In this document: positions 50,082-63,000 of the stretch, piece by piece
Position numbering within the stretch: position 1 is the stretch's first letter
Layout: the number at the start of each line of letters is the position of its first letter
Assembly: GCA_000934665.2 (NCBI GenBank)
Contig: JYFJ02000135.1
Location: forward strand, 62,001 to 126,000
Direction: 5' to 3'
From: Catajapyx aquilonaris
Taxonomy: Eukaryota
Length of the DNA: 64,000 bases
Notes under the pieces: generated by a model
Database searches by the model: none
What the model was told of the DNA's origin: nothing
The model's input: only the letters and a program-made list of their open reading frames with translations
Translations under genes and position numbers: made by a program

Positions 50082-53000
50082 GGAAAATGTTTGGAGAACT
50101 TAGAAGCCTGGCTGATGGATGGCAACCGGAGTGACAGCCATCCCCCCCACCCCATTCCCACCCCTCTAAAAAGTGCAGGGGTTTGGTTATAGTAATGAAC
50201 ACTGTTTCGAAGGTGGACAACCCGCCATTTTTATACATGTTTCCCACGCAGGGACCGACCACAACCACTGTCACCATATTCAAAAGGATGAAAGATTGGC
50301 GCGACTGCCCAACATTTATCTATTTCTTTCCCCCTTCTCAAAGCTCTGTCAAATGTCAAAAAATCCCGGATTTTTCCACTCCCTCTCTCAGATAGAGGGC
50401 GCTGATGCACTGACCATTGAGTGCAAGAAGCAGCGTTTAATTTCCTCCCAGATCCCGTCGACATCCCACGTCAACAGTGTCACCGCGTCTTCCTGCTGCA
50501 TTCCTGGTACCCCTCCCAGTAAAAAGTTATAAGTCCGTCTTTTACTCCGGCTGGCAGGCATCAATGGAAAATCAGCAGGAGGCATCAAGCAAGAGTCCCA
50601 CTTGGCGGCTGCCGGCGCCCTGACTTGACACTCCCGCCAGACCTCGCCAATCAGTCTTTCAGTGCTTTTCAATCTTGGCCCCCCTGACTCAGCTTCCAAG
50701 AGATCCAAAGAAAAACCGGGACTTAGCTCCACCCCAATAGGACGAGGTATATATGACCATTTGTGCTGCCCGATTTCTGATGATTGTGACAGTCACAAGA
50801 TGGGGTTAATTGCAAGTTGGTAGCTTTGCCTAGAGATGGCGTCTGGAGACCTAACATGATGTTTGCCAATCAATCTCCACAAAATTGCTTCTGCAACCAT
50901 CATCTAGCTAAATGCCCATGTATTTCCAACCGTCTATCGCCCCAGTCCTATTTATTGTCCCTAAATGCGACAGGACCTTATAAGGCCACCAGCCATTAGG
51001 AACCAGAAGATCCGCATTGAAGACCAAAAAATAGGCCCTCATCCTTCCCCCTATTTCATATCAAAACGGCCCCTGATCTGATTAGACCCGGCCTTATCTA
51101 GGTTCTACATTCTGGTCGTACACAAATAACCGGCGTTCCATAGCCGCATTGCTGTACTCTGGACTTTGCAGGATACTCTCCATTTTTGATGCTTTCCTAA
51201 TTACTAAGAGGGGGGGTCCGAAACGTGACGAAAAAGGACGGTCCTGGCGACTTCCTTCCCTCAGTCTGACAGCCGCGTGTTCGTTAACCGCGATCCCCAA
51301 TTTATGGCCCCCACTTCCCACACTTTATAATTACAATTAATTTAGTGCGGGTAGGCAATTTCATCTGAGAAGTTTTACGCCCGTTTTTACGCTCCACCGC
51401 GAGACCGCCGTTTCATTGTTCCAAAGAGAAAAACGGCGCACTTAGTAGGGCGAAGAGCGATCAAATGAGTCATAAAGCAAGAACGACATGTCGCCAGTTG
51501 TCACCGCCCGGGATAATTTGCAGGCGAGTGGACATGTTGCTTCTTTTTTTCTCTCAAAAGGGCAGAAGATACGTACATTAATGTAGAACACACCCACCAT
51601 TATCGTGGCAATTCCCCCTGCGCCAGGCCTGTTATGCGGTGAAAAAAAAATTAATTGAAACTTGATCCACAAGGGGCCGAGTTCAATAAAACGGTGGCGT
51701 TTATGTCTTTCGATAAATCACAGAGTGACGTCACTTCTTTCCAGGCATGCGACATTGTATGTGCCCAGTGCCAAATGACCTTTGGGGAATGTCTTTCTGC
51801 CCTACCCACCCTAGTTTGCTAGTGGACAAGTCCCCCTCAGAATGCGACAAAAGAATTCAGGACGCGGAATGTTATGGACGTTCAAAAAAGGAAGTGACAA
51901 TGTATGCTTTTTACAGGAAAATTTGATTCTGGTTACGACCTCGTATATGTCTCCAAATGCAAGCCTCCCGGAGGTGGTCGATTCGTACCAAAATATATAT
52001 GTAGTCACGACCGAAGTTGTTGAAAACGGTTGCCAAATAAACAGGAGAGGAAACAAAAAAATAAAGTCCTTCGCTTTTGTTTCTAAACCTCCAGTTCGGA
52101 CAACGACGAATCACTTCCTCGGTGGCTCTACATGTAACACTCTTCTTCCTGTGTGGAGATCATTTATCCCAGCTCCCAGCCGTGTTTTCTACCTACATGC
52201 CAGCTGGCATTAATTTTAAGAAACAAGCACCCGCCATTTTTCAACCCGGAGGTGTCCGAGTGCACCGCTCGTGCCTGGAAAAATCTCCGCCATTTTTGTG
52301 AAACATATCCAGTGTTCAAAATCCACCCTCGATGATTTGATCCGTTCCACTCCATTTGTCTGTTACTCCCTATACCCCTCCCCTTTTGTTGCTGATGGTG
52401 ATTCAGAGCCGCTAGTCCGGGTCAGAGTCGCGTGACACACAGAGAATCGTTTGTGAGGAGTCCGTGCCAAGAGCGCGACGTCCGTCACATTAGTCGACGA
52501 CTCCCGCACTAAACTGTCCGGGGGGTTATCTCTGGAACCGAGTTAGATGAGGGTGAGGGTTTAGTCGGCTGGGGGTACAGCAGCAGCATATATAGGAAGG
52601 AGGGCAGCTGACATTTGTTTATGCCGTCTCAGGACGACGAACGGCAGGCGAGGTAAAATGTCAACAGCTCTACATTGCAGCGCTCCCTGGTGTGCCAGCG
52701 GCCAGCCAGGACATTAGTGCTGGGCTCCCCGGATTGTCAACTGTCTCCGACCGCTGCCCCCAACTCATCTTCCTTTGTGGCCCGGTCTGACTGTACTCCC
52801 CAGGACACGCTCCCCCAAGTTTAAATAAGCCCGCCATGTGCGCTTCAATTGTCGTCCGTTAGATGCCATTTTTTAACACCACCCCAGTACGCCCGATCAT
52901 CACCCAAGTCGCCACAATACTTGCAGTGCTTCTGGTGACTCTCCGGATATTGATTCCGGTATAGCCCATCTTCCGGATAGAAAATCTTCCCCCACTCCCA

Positions 53001-53250
53001 CCCTCTTTCTCTCTCGGTTCTAAGAAAAGCTGTCCCAATTAGACCGGGACAGACCCTTATCACCCATAAATCAGTCAAGCCCATGTGAGCCCATCACGGC
53101 GGGCGCGAGTGTTTTGTTCCCAGCTGCCAGGGGAAATGCGAATGCACTTCAATGCCGTAATTTATGGGCGACGCTGGATAGCGATGGGTGATGACCGGCC
53201 CCAGCTCTCATTTTAGCTCCAACTATAAGTCGAGATCCCCTCCCTATATA

Positions 53251-53602
53251 TACACGGTGTCTCAGAAAAAAGGGGACAACCCGCAATTAAACACATTGCA
53301 AATCCAATTTCAACAAAGCGGTTCTAATTATAAGCTTCCTGAATTGCAATGGACAGGACTGGCTGATATGTTCTTACAATCCTCCGATTGCATCTATTAC
53401 GGCCTGTCCGGTGTTTCTGCTACATGGTCTCGCTCATTAGTATGCAGCACCCTACCGAGCCGGAGGGGAAATTAAGCACACACGTCTTATTGTTACCGAA
53501 TGTAACAAATAAAATAAAAAACAGAAAGACACCCAGCGACGTGCACTTTTCAAAGGAGTAGACAATTTCCGCCATGTTCCCCGGCAGTTGGAACACTCGG
53601 TA
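53251..53602. mobile_element. Possible decayed Tc1/mariner-type MITE
   Basis: Left end TA|CACGGTGTCTCAGAAAAAAGGGGACAACC resembles mariner-class termini. The candidate right end TTGGAACACTCGG|TA is only ~11/17 complementary. Confidence 0.3.
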
Positions 53603-54769
53603 TATGTGAAGAGCTGACATGAAGGGAAAGTTATCAGGTCAGGCAATCGCCTAATCATTCATTAGTCTAAAGGGCTTTTGGATCTTGGGCCGGAAACACT
53701 TTCATTTCCTGTCGGACGCAAATATTGCTTCAATGGCATGGCCGGATTAAAAATATGGGACTGCAAACATTTGGCGCGAAAATTGTCAGGTCTTGAGATA
53801 CGCGAGTATGTCTCAGCACGTGACGGGAGCAAAAAAAAAAAAAGCAGGGGTTACACATACTGCTGCTGAACACGCATGACTGATAATCCCCACCCTAAAT
53901 TTGTCGGGTCCCAATCAATCCCCGTCAACGGACCTCCTGCCCGGCAGGCCTCTCCGATCTATCAAATCGGCAAAGGTTGCGTCCATGACGACACGTCTTT
54001 TCAAACTTGGGGGCAATATTTACTGTACGTACCAAAGTTCTGTGTTTCGAGAAGGAGGGGAGGGGTAAAAAAAAATATCGTGATGAATGATTGATACTCG
54101 AGGATATGGAAATCTATCATTCAAAAGGTACCGGGAGTGTAGAATATCCGGGAGAAATTTTTCTTCGTAATGGGGCGCCTATTTTGCAAAAGTGATGTTT
54201 CGCATGATTCGAGTACTTAAAAACTCTCGTATGTTGCATGCTATAGCCAAGTTTGAGTACTGTAAATTGTAGGCATGTTAAAAGGTGCGCACTTGTCACC
54301 TTACATTACAAGGTGCCAAGTACAGATTACACCAAACGTATATAAACATCGAGGACGCCGAACCAGCACTACCTGCGTCAGGATTTATACAACATCAGAA
54401 GGTGGATGTCTATCACGACCACCTCCGAGTGAAGTCATCAGTTCCACCAAGATGGCCCAGTGAAAACCTAATGAAGACGAGAGGAAACATATTTCATGCT
54501 ATTTCCGGACCGGCCCTGTAAATCTTGGTCTCGGGTTATTTTTATGGGGTTAATTGGGTTTTCCACGTCTGCGGAAACTCATGACGTTCTAAGACGGTGC
54601 TGTTGCCATGGAACGATGACCCTTTGGCTCCGGAGTATGCAGCAGTATACAGTGTCCCTTTCACCTGTCACAATCAGGCATGAAAACTTGGAGATGGATT
54701 TTCAGGATGTCAATACACGTTGGAAATTCTTGACTTAAGATGGTAAACCCCTATTGGCAAAGAACCAGC

Positions 54770-54789
54770 ATGTCAGAGGTCAGAGGTCA
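54770..54789 (+). promoter_or_regulatory. Perfect DR1 nuclear-receptor element with a third imperfect half-site
   Basis: ATGTCA g AGGTCA g AGGTCA. Confidence 0.35.
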
Positions 54790-57700
54790 GAAATGACGCG
54801 CGTCAAATTACCGCGCGAAAATCGCAAAGAATTGGAATAATTAAGCCAGGTTTGTGGGATTGACCTGCCTACAACCGGACCTTATATTCTCCCTCTCCCT
54901 TCAACCTGATTGGGACAGGGGGAGGGGGAAATGGTCTCGTTTGCCTCTGTCAGGAATCCACCCACACAATTCTATTAGAGAAGGTCACTTTCACACAACG
55001 CGCCACATATTGGATTCTGGGGACACCCCGACCAAATTATGATGGACGCATTTATAACCCGTGCGCATTATCTTCAATTTCTGGGACCCCGAAATCTATT
55101 GACATTCGTTGATGCGGTGGGTTGTTCGTCTAACAAAGTCCGGTTGTATGCAGTTTTTTTTTGTGTGTGTGGATATTTCGACCGGTACGTTTGACAGGAA
55201 ACGTAAGCGAAGTCCATGTCCGACACCTCCAATTATACCGGCAGCAGGATGGTTTATGACGAAGCAATTACCTATCCCCCTCGCGCGTTTGAAGGTGACC
55301 ACCAAACCGTCCCCTTTCTCTTCAGCAACTCTGTCCATCAGGTGATAATGAGCTTCCTGCAGGATATCATTCGTGGGGCAATACGTCTCCTTTAGTAGAC
55401 CGGTGTGTTAAGGGGAGGAGGAGGAGAGGTAGGACACAAAAAAACGGGGCCCCAAACTTCATGATGACCAGATAACATCAACATGCAATGGGCGGACCCG
55501 TCACCACAAGGATTAAATGCGAAAGTGAAGAAATTGAGTTACTGGAAGAATAAATCTTACGAAGGGATAAAATAGTGCGCTAATTTTCCGCTACATTCAC
55601 CTGCGCACTGTGGCAGCAATGGCGGCCTCAACACAACACAACACAACAAAAAAAATCAATCCATAAAAATTAAGAAGCTAAAAATTCGAGAATTTAACGT
55701 TTAACCTGATTTTCAACAATTATTTTCAGTTGAATACTTGTTCTAAATTATTATACCATAATAAAAGGCAATAAACTCAAAAAAGGAAGAAATTAAATTT
55801 GCAATATTTTTCAATGCTGTATCTAAAATAACTTTAATGTTACAAACTGTATTACATGTTACGTAATATTGGCATTTATTTTACTTATAGGGCTCTATAT
55901 CGGAAATGAGAAAAGAGGGCTTGTGCCCTTCTATTCTATTGGCAAACGGCGTAAGTGATCCCCGTTGGGAGCCCTACGCATGGCAAAAATTCCGCGGGAC
56001 ATCTTCCAATCCAATTGCTCAACTCCTGAAAACCTCCGACCCCTCCTTCTGAGTGATTAATAACGCCCATTGTACACATTTCTAAGATTAGCTCCCAGGT
56101 CCTTCAATCGTTCCAGGTCATTCCCAGCGTCCTTTCGTCTTTTCGAGAAACGTAAAAAAGAAAAAAAAACTAAGAAAAAGAGAACGAACTCTCCGCCTAC
56201 GTCTGACAGAAATTTTTGCAATGGCGAGCTGAAAAGACAGTCTGAGTGATACCCTCCGTCTCTTCCAACATCGCAACCATGGAGTAAGAGGTTAGGAAGG
56301 GGGAAAAAACGGTGCCAATTTTAAAATGCCTTGCACCTGGTGACATATGTCAGACTTAAAGACGCGGCCAGCTAAATGCATGGGGATTGAAAGCCCTCAC
56401 CAGATCCCCAACACGGATTTTTCGTGCTAACTATAGCTTCTGTCATACCCCCTCCATCTTGTTAAGTGAGGAGAAAGAACGCCGAGAGTCCTTTGATTGG
56501 CGAGACAAGGATTGCTTGACATTTTTCTTCCCTTTCCCCTTTGAACCGAGAAAAGAGATCATTTTTTACGGGCTCCCTATAAACTGTACGGGGCCTCCGG
56601 TATGTCGCAGGACGGGTCGAAATAAGCTATTTATTTGCCAACTTGTACGCTCATATTACGTCACCACTTCCTGAAATTTTTGAGTGATGTTATCAGCTCC
56701 AAATCTAAGCCATTTTCCGGGAAAAAGCGATAAAAGTAACTGAAAACGACTACTATTCACTCGAACATCATAAAATATCGCATAATGTACAATAAATAAA
56801 TTCATTTCACGACTGATTTCCCAATCAGAATTTTTATTTTACAATAAAATAAATATCGAGCAAAAAATAGTTTCAGCTAAAAAAGTAACTATAGGCAGAC
56901 ACTAACGGTGCAATATGTAATAAACACAGCCTCGTAGAAATGTATATCTAGTCACAATAAAAACCAAACTTGTATTTACCTTTCCAACTTTAATCCCGCT
57001 TCTCTAAGCCATTTTCGTCGCAGACTTTGGGAACAAAAAAAAATGGCCCCAGCACCCAACAGTGGGAGTATAACTTGTGGTTAATCGCAGCAAACTTCAG
57101 CGCCAACTTGCATGTTTAAATAGGCAAAGAAATCCGGAAGGGGTGAACAGGAGAGGGGGGGGGAGGGGGGAGAAAAGCAGAAGCTGCGTATCGATTATGC
57201 GATCTTAAAGTTTTGTCCGCCGCACAACTGTTTTGTTTAATTACGAGATATCTATAAAATCTGGCTCATCTTCTCCCTCCCCTTCCAACTTAGTAAACCG
57301 TGAAGTGAGTGTGTGTGCCTGGGAACCTAAATATTGGGGAGAGTTAGAACCCACCACACACGATGAGAATTGTCGCACTTGTGCCGCCACCCTCAAACGA
57401 AAATAACACCGCGTTAATAAGCGACAAAACAATCCATAACTAATACAAATATGACACGTTTATGACAATTTATCTGGCACCCACACCACAATTTTTTTTT
57501 GTCTCATTCTTCGCAGTCACATATGTTTAGACTTTAGCACAAATTTATGTCCCATCTACAGGACCACCCCAAAATTAAGTCCAAAAGGCAGGTAAATTTC
57601 ATGCCATGATTAGCATTGCCCCGAGATGCAACTCGTGGCGGGTGGAAATGAGAGAAGCCCCCTTCGGTTGAAGCTGTTTGACTGGAAGGATGTCATTAAG

Positions 57701-58451
57701 CAGCATGATCTTGGGAGAATGAAAGTGACGTGGCAGAAACGAGCTTTTCCCTTTTCATGCTGGGAATGTCAGTTCGAAGCTCTTACCAAGCCTATATGCT
57801 CCCATTTTCATTACCGTCTTCATTATACTACCGAATAAAAAAATAGGCCAGTGTTGTTACATGCAGCTTGACAACTGCTTCATAATCACCCTGCCGCTAT
57901 GTTGTCTCACCGTTGTTCTCTCAATCATTATCGATCTTGCCTGTCTTTTTTTCCTACAGCTAGGGATTGGCAAGAAGGGCACAAGAGGCCTTTTCCAAGC
58001 ACCCTGACACTGTGTCTCCCACTTCTCCTGATGATTTTCAAAGCCCGCCCCCTCCAGGCTATGAAGTGCAATGGGTAAAGGTGTAATAATGGGGTTGGCT
58101 TGTTGTAATATTTTCTATCCGCCTCTTCATCACAGTTTCGCTCCCCAGAAGCACCCGCATTATCCGCCTTTCAAAAGAGTGTCGATCAAGCCTCGCAGCG
58201 AAAATTCTTTTTTTATATATACCACGGTTGCCTACCAACTAGGATAAGTTCTGCAGAAGAGTGTCCCCAATTTCGAATCAGATCGGCGGAAAAGCAGTTT
58301 CACAGCAGGACAATGCCGGGTCCAATCTGCATTTGAAGGGTCTCAGGAGACCCCTTGGACCTCTCTGATCTCGCCTCTCCCCCCGTTTCATTGGGTCCTC
58401 TAATGACGCCGGCGCTTCAACCCCCCCTTCTACCAATTCTACCCCCCCCCC

Positions 58452-58452
58452 N
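58452..58452. other. Ambiguous base (N) at the end of a poly-C run
   Basis: Sequence reads acccccccccc-n-accc; likely an assembly or base-calling artefact. Confidence 0.95.
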
Positions 58453-60030
58453 ACCCGACGCCGGCGTCGCCAATGTCCTCTGCCTTCAAAGACGCCGCCA
58501 CTTGCTGGATCCCAAAGCATCATGGGCAAGGCGTGTGGCTGACACGACAGGACAGGCTTCATTAGAGCACATTTTTTTTTTCGCAAACCCCCTTAGCCCC
58601 CCCTTCCAAACCATGTTAGAAACGGCAATTTTTTCGCAACTGACGTGGGATAGAAATTGATACAGATTCGTTAACATGCGGAAAAGGCATTCGTGTCTAC
58701 AATTTCGCCATTTTAATTGGCCAATGGATGTGAGAAAGGATATGGAGTGTGAATTACGATCGTTTTTTTTTCCCCTGGCTTCACAACGGGGATTGGGCCA
58801 AACGAATTGCATCCTGAATATATAAAAAAAATTGTACTTTATAAAATATATAGGCTGCACGTACCGTACAGTATGCCGAGTTACCACATCGCTTTTGAGG
58901 ATGGTATTTCTAGCATGTGCAACTGGATCAGTTCAGTTCGGAAATAACCTCCCGCACACAATGAAGACCCGAAGACAATGGATGCTTCACATTGGAAAAC
59001 CTGTTTATTACTTCGCGAATCGTTATACGTTTCAAATGGGAAGTCCGAAGGAGGAAACGACCTCTTTTAAGACACCTTGCGGCACCGAGCACCTGATGTA
59101 ATTAGAAACCTCCAAGACCGCATTGAGTCGAGCTATTATATGCCATCGAAGATAGGCGCGCCATGTTGATACAATTACATTTAGTCGCATCCGGTACGTT
59201 ACGATTACATTATGAGTACAATTTCGTGATGCCTATACGCTGTCATTACGGTTTCACGGCTGCTATACACAATTGATGCAACACGAACCAATCAACGCCC
59301 TTAACTAGAAAATAGGACACCATTTGGAAATCTTCCTTATAGAGCAACCATTTTCATTTTTTATCGAATTTTAATATTCAAAAAGGAATAAAAATTACTG
59401 AAAATATATATCAAAATCTGAAGTGATCCTTAGACTGATAAATATTATCAGTTTTTTAAAAATTGCTACATGAACACCATATTCCAACCCATACATTGTG
59501 ATTACAAGTTCATCGCACATTCGGCAGCCTCCAGACAAAATAAAAAACATCTGCATGCTCATCACGCCTTATATATAAAATGAAAATAAGAAGAAAAAAA
59601 GAATCTCCCGTTTTCTCGCCAGGTTACTGACTGTTATTACCGAACTACCGGCCCCAGATTTATGACGGACCGCCTCCCAAAAATAGTGGGCCATGCCAAC
59701 CACACCTAGAATGTCGTAAAGCTGTCCATTAGGTCTCCTCCCCTATCCTAAAAAAAAGTAAAAGGAAAAAAAGACCGCATCACACCTTGGAAGGTCCAGC
59801 ACCTACATAACACCCCCTCTAGAATCGATTTTGTCCCAAGTCCAACTGAAACATTCCATTGTGACAACCCACCATTGATGTTTAATCAGTCTTTCTGCGA
59901 GCTGTCTCCTGCAATGAGAAAGTATCCCTTTGTTTCGCATGGGGACGGACACATCTCGTCGGATCACAAACGACGACATTTTGCCCCCACATGTATGTCA
60001 ACCTCCCTCGTCCCCCCTACTAAAACCCAA

Positions 60031-60091
60031 CCTTTCTCTTCCTTTTTTCCCTCCCTCCCCTTTCCCCCCTCCTCTCCCCTCTTCCCCTCCT
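60031..60091. repeat. 61-nt pure polypyrimidine/polypurine tract
   Basis: Only C and T on the plus strand across 60031-60091, with multiple C-runs. Confidence 0.9.
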
Positions 60092-63000
60092 ATTGATCCC
60101 GTCAAGGCGACTCTGACACTGCTGTCTGTGCACCAATTTATGAAGAGATTATCGAAGTCACATACTTCACTAAATGCGGCCCGCATTGTTTCTCCAAAAG
60201 CCCCGTCGAGTCCCTTCCCCATAAAATGGTCAGATAGAAGGGGAGGGTGGGGTAGGGAGGAAAAATATACGGAGAGAGCCTCATGATACCCCCGAGGTTG
60301 CCACATGTTAGCTTGGAGAAAATTTTGTAAACTGCACCGTGTCATTACTCCCCGGTTGTAATCGTAATAACTCCTTGACGTAATTTTTGCTGGATTCGAT
60401 TTTTATACCCAGATGCTGCAGTAGATACGGTGCAATTCCGCGTTTTGCCCCCTTGAGTTTGCGTCACGGCTCAACCCAGCCGGAAAAAGCTCCATGACAC
60501 AAAGCCCATAATCGTTCGGATAACAATCACCGGCTTATAATGTATATCAAAACCGGCCCTGTGCATTCCTTCCATGTGGAACACTAGTTGTTTACCTCCA
60601 AGAGGCTAGTGATCTCAACTTGCTTATTCCTGATGCGAACATAAAGAAACGGATGCTTGAATGTCAGTGTCCTCTCACAACTTGTCATAAATACCGTACT
60701 TTACTGAACAAAGTACATTCCTTAAGATATGGTAGTTCGCAATCAAATAACGCGGGCACTGCCCGTTAAATGGTCCGTGACGTAATATCCGTCTGACTGG
60801 CAGGTAGAACCAAACAACTCAATGACAGACACATCAATATTACATCGTCATCTGCCTTGTAAGGTTGTTGAACTTTGCCGACTCGTTTGTTGCCTCTACC
60901 TAACCTCATTAACCAAAAATATGTGCCTGTAATTAATGAACCGATCGCTACGGGCTGGAATTGCGAAATCGGTTCGCGATGTCCTCAGATGAGCTCATCA
61001 CAACAATGCCAGCGAGATTATATTCTGCTACTCCCAACTTATTACGGTCGAAGGAAATGCAAACCCGAGTCTTCATTACCTCAAAGCGTATCGCCCGAGT
61101 CTCTGAAGAGTATGGAAATGAAGTCGAGGTCAAATTAGTCATACAGTATGGCAAAACATGACAAGTTATGTCAATGTGCCCGTTTCGCATCAAGAGGCCT
61201 ACGGCGGAAGTGATTAGTGTAAATTCATCCTGGATACTTCAATTGACAACAACATCCGATGAATTTAATCACAGATCGTTTGACCGATAACCAACCAGTG
61301 ATTTTTCTTATCCCCGTTTTTTTTGTGTGTCCGGCTGTCAAACCTTGACAATAACGTCAAATACGGGGTGTGATCCTTCCACCACCCGATAGCATCTGTA
61401 GTAGGTGTACCCAACCCCTGTCCTCACATATGACTCACATTACACACACTCGTCACACACACGATCACCTTGGCAGCCTCACAAAAAAAACATCCCCGCG
61501 AGGTCAAGGAATCCTGTCTGCACCTTCGCACCTCCCAATTATTCTTACTAAATAGTCTTCCATCTTAGAAGACTCTAGAAAAAAAAATGGTCGGTAGAAA
61601 AAGGAAAGAGGAAAAGAATCCTTCCATCATGTCTGCACTCGGCGCCGAATCGGGATGAACGGCCGGTCGTTTTCCACGACGACAGAAGTTTGAAAGCCTC
61701 CCCGGCCCCCGGAAATGAGGGCTTTTCTATTCAGGAGGTGCCTTCACCAAGTGCAGCAAGGGCAATTTCTTTCACATGGCATCACTACAATATTTCCTGT
61801 TTCAATAACAGTTTCTCCTCGCTACTGCCTTGGAAAAGGGGAGGGTAGAAGGAGGGAGAACTGCTATGCTGCAGTGCCAGGATAACCTACACCCTGGTGT
61901 GACCTAGGGGTGGGTTCGACCCGGTGGAAATTTCAACCCCCTCTTTTTCCATGGGGTTGGGTCACTCTTTTTTAGGCTAGGAGAGAAATGCGGCAGAAAA
62001 AAAAACCGAGACTTTCCACCTTACGAAATAGGATAGGAAGGAGCCTCGTTCCCGAAAGTTTATATCACTCAATATTCGTAGCACTGCAGCCTCCGGATTG
62101 AAGCCTATGAAATACTGATTAGTTTCGGAGTCAAACGACTTTGGGGAAACTCGGCACCGATGGGGTTAAAGGCCCTCTTTTTTTAACCCCCCCCCCCCTC
62201 CCCTTTCCGTCTTTCTTTATCCTGCCCCTCAAAAGCGTTTTCCAATTCTAGGAATCGCCGTACGTTTGACACTGCATGTGGCCGGCATAATGTATTAATT
62301 GTGCCACTCTATCAAGTACCAACGTTTATTTCTATCACAAATCACTTGATACTGTTCCAACATACCTTCTTGTCGCATATACTGTATATGATTATTATTA
62401 TTTTAAATATGTGAAGTTGCTCGGATGTCTCTAAAAACCACAGATCCGTCCCTATAGAATCAGTTCAGCTCACCCACGACCCAATACATGAACAAGACAC
62501 CGTGCAATTAGCATAGAAAGACCTGTGACCAATCAGAGCCTAGAGACGCTCCCAGCAGATGTCCCGCTAGATGACGCTGGACAATACAACCCGTGGCAGT
62601 GATGTAGCACAACGAACCCCCATCAAATTAGCAAGTTCTGATCACAAAATCCTGTCCCTAATCGCCCTGCTCATTATTTTCAAGGCCCATCTGCCATACC
62701 ACACACAGCCTTGCTAATTCGCACGAGCCACGCCCTTAATCTTAACCTACCCCCCTTCATGACTTGAAATGTCCTCATCCCCCCACCCACCTACCACCAC
62801 CCGATAGCAGACCTTTTCACTCCAATAAGGATGAGTGACAGGAGCAGCCTCTTGGGGGGCTTTTGGCTAATGAAGAGGGAGCGGCAGATATCCACGGCCA
62901 TGTTTTATCCCCGATAATCCCGTGCCTACCTTACCAATTGACAACCTTTAATAAGTGTCGCTAACTCTCAAGAACCGCAATCATTTTCATGTATGCTGAG

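Noticed and set aside
60748..60768. GC hairpin (CGGGCA-C-TGCCCG) as a Helitron 3' end or terminator
   Set aside because: No downstream CTRR end and no U-tract. Similar short palindromes (e.g. 26171-26185) are expected by chance.
15919..60807. Zelda CAGGTAG sites
   Set aside because: About eight seen, matching the chance expectation for a 7-mer on both strands, and they are not clustered.
3679..61555. Numerous 60-166 aa ORFs in the non-coding region
   Set aside because: No recognisable domain or transposase/RT motif, and many do not start at ATG. Their number and size look like chance ORFs.
61880..61945. GGTTCGACCC B-box-like word (tRNA or SINE?)
   Set aside because: No A box, cloverleaf or SINE tail is discernible.
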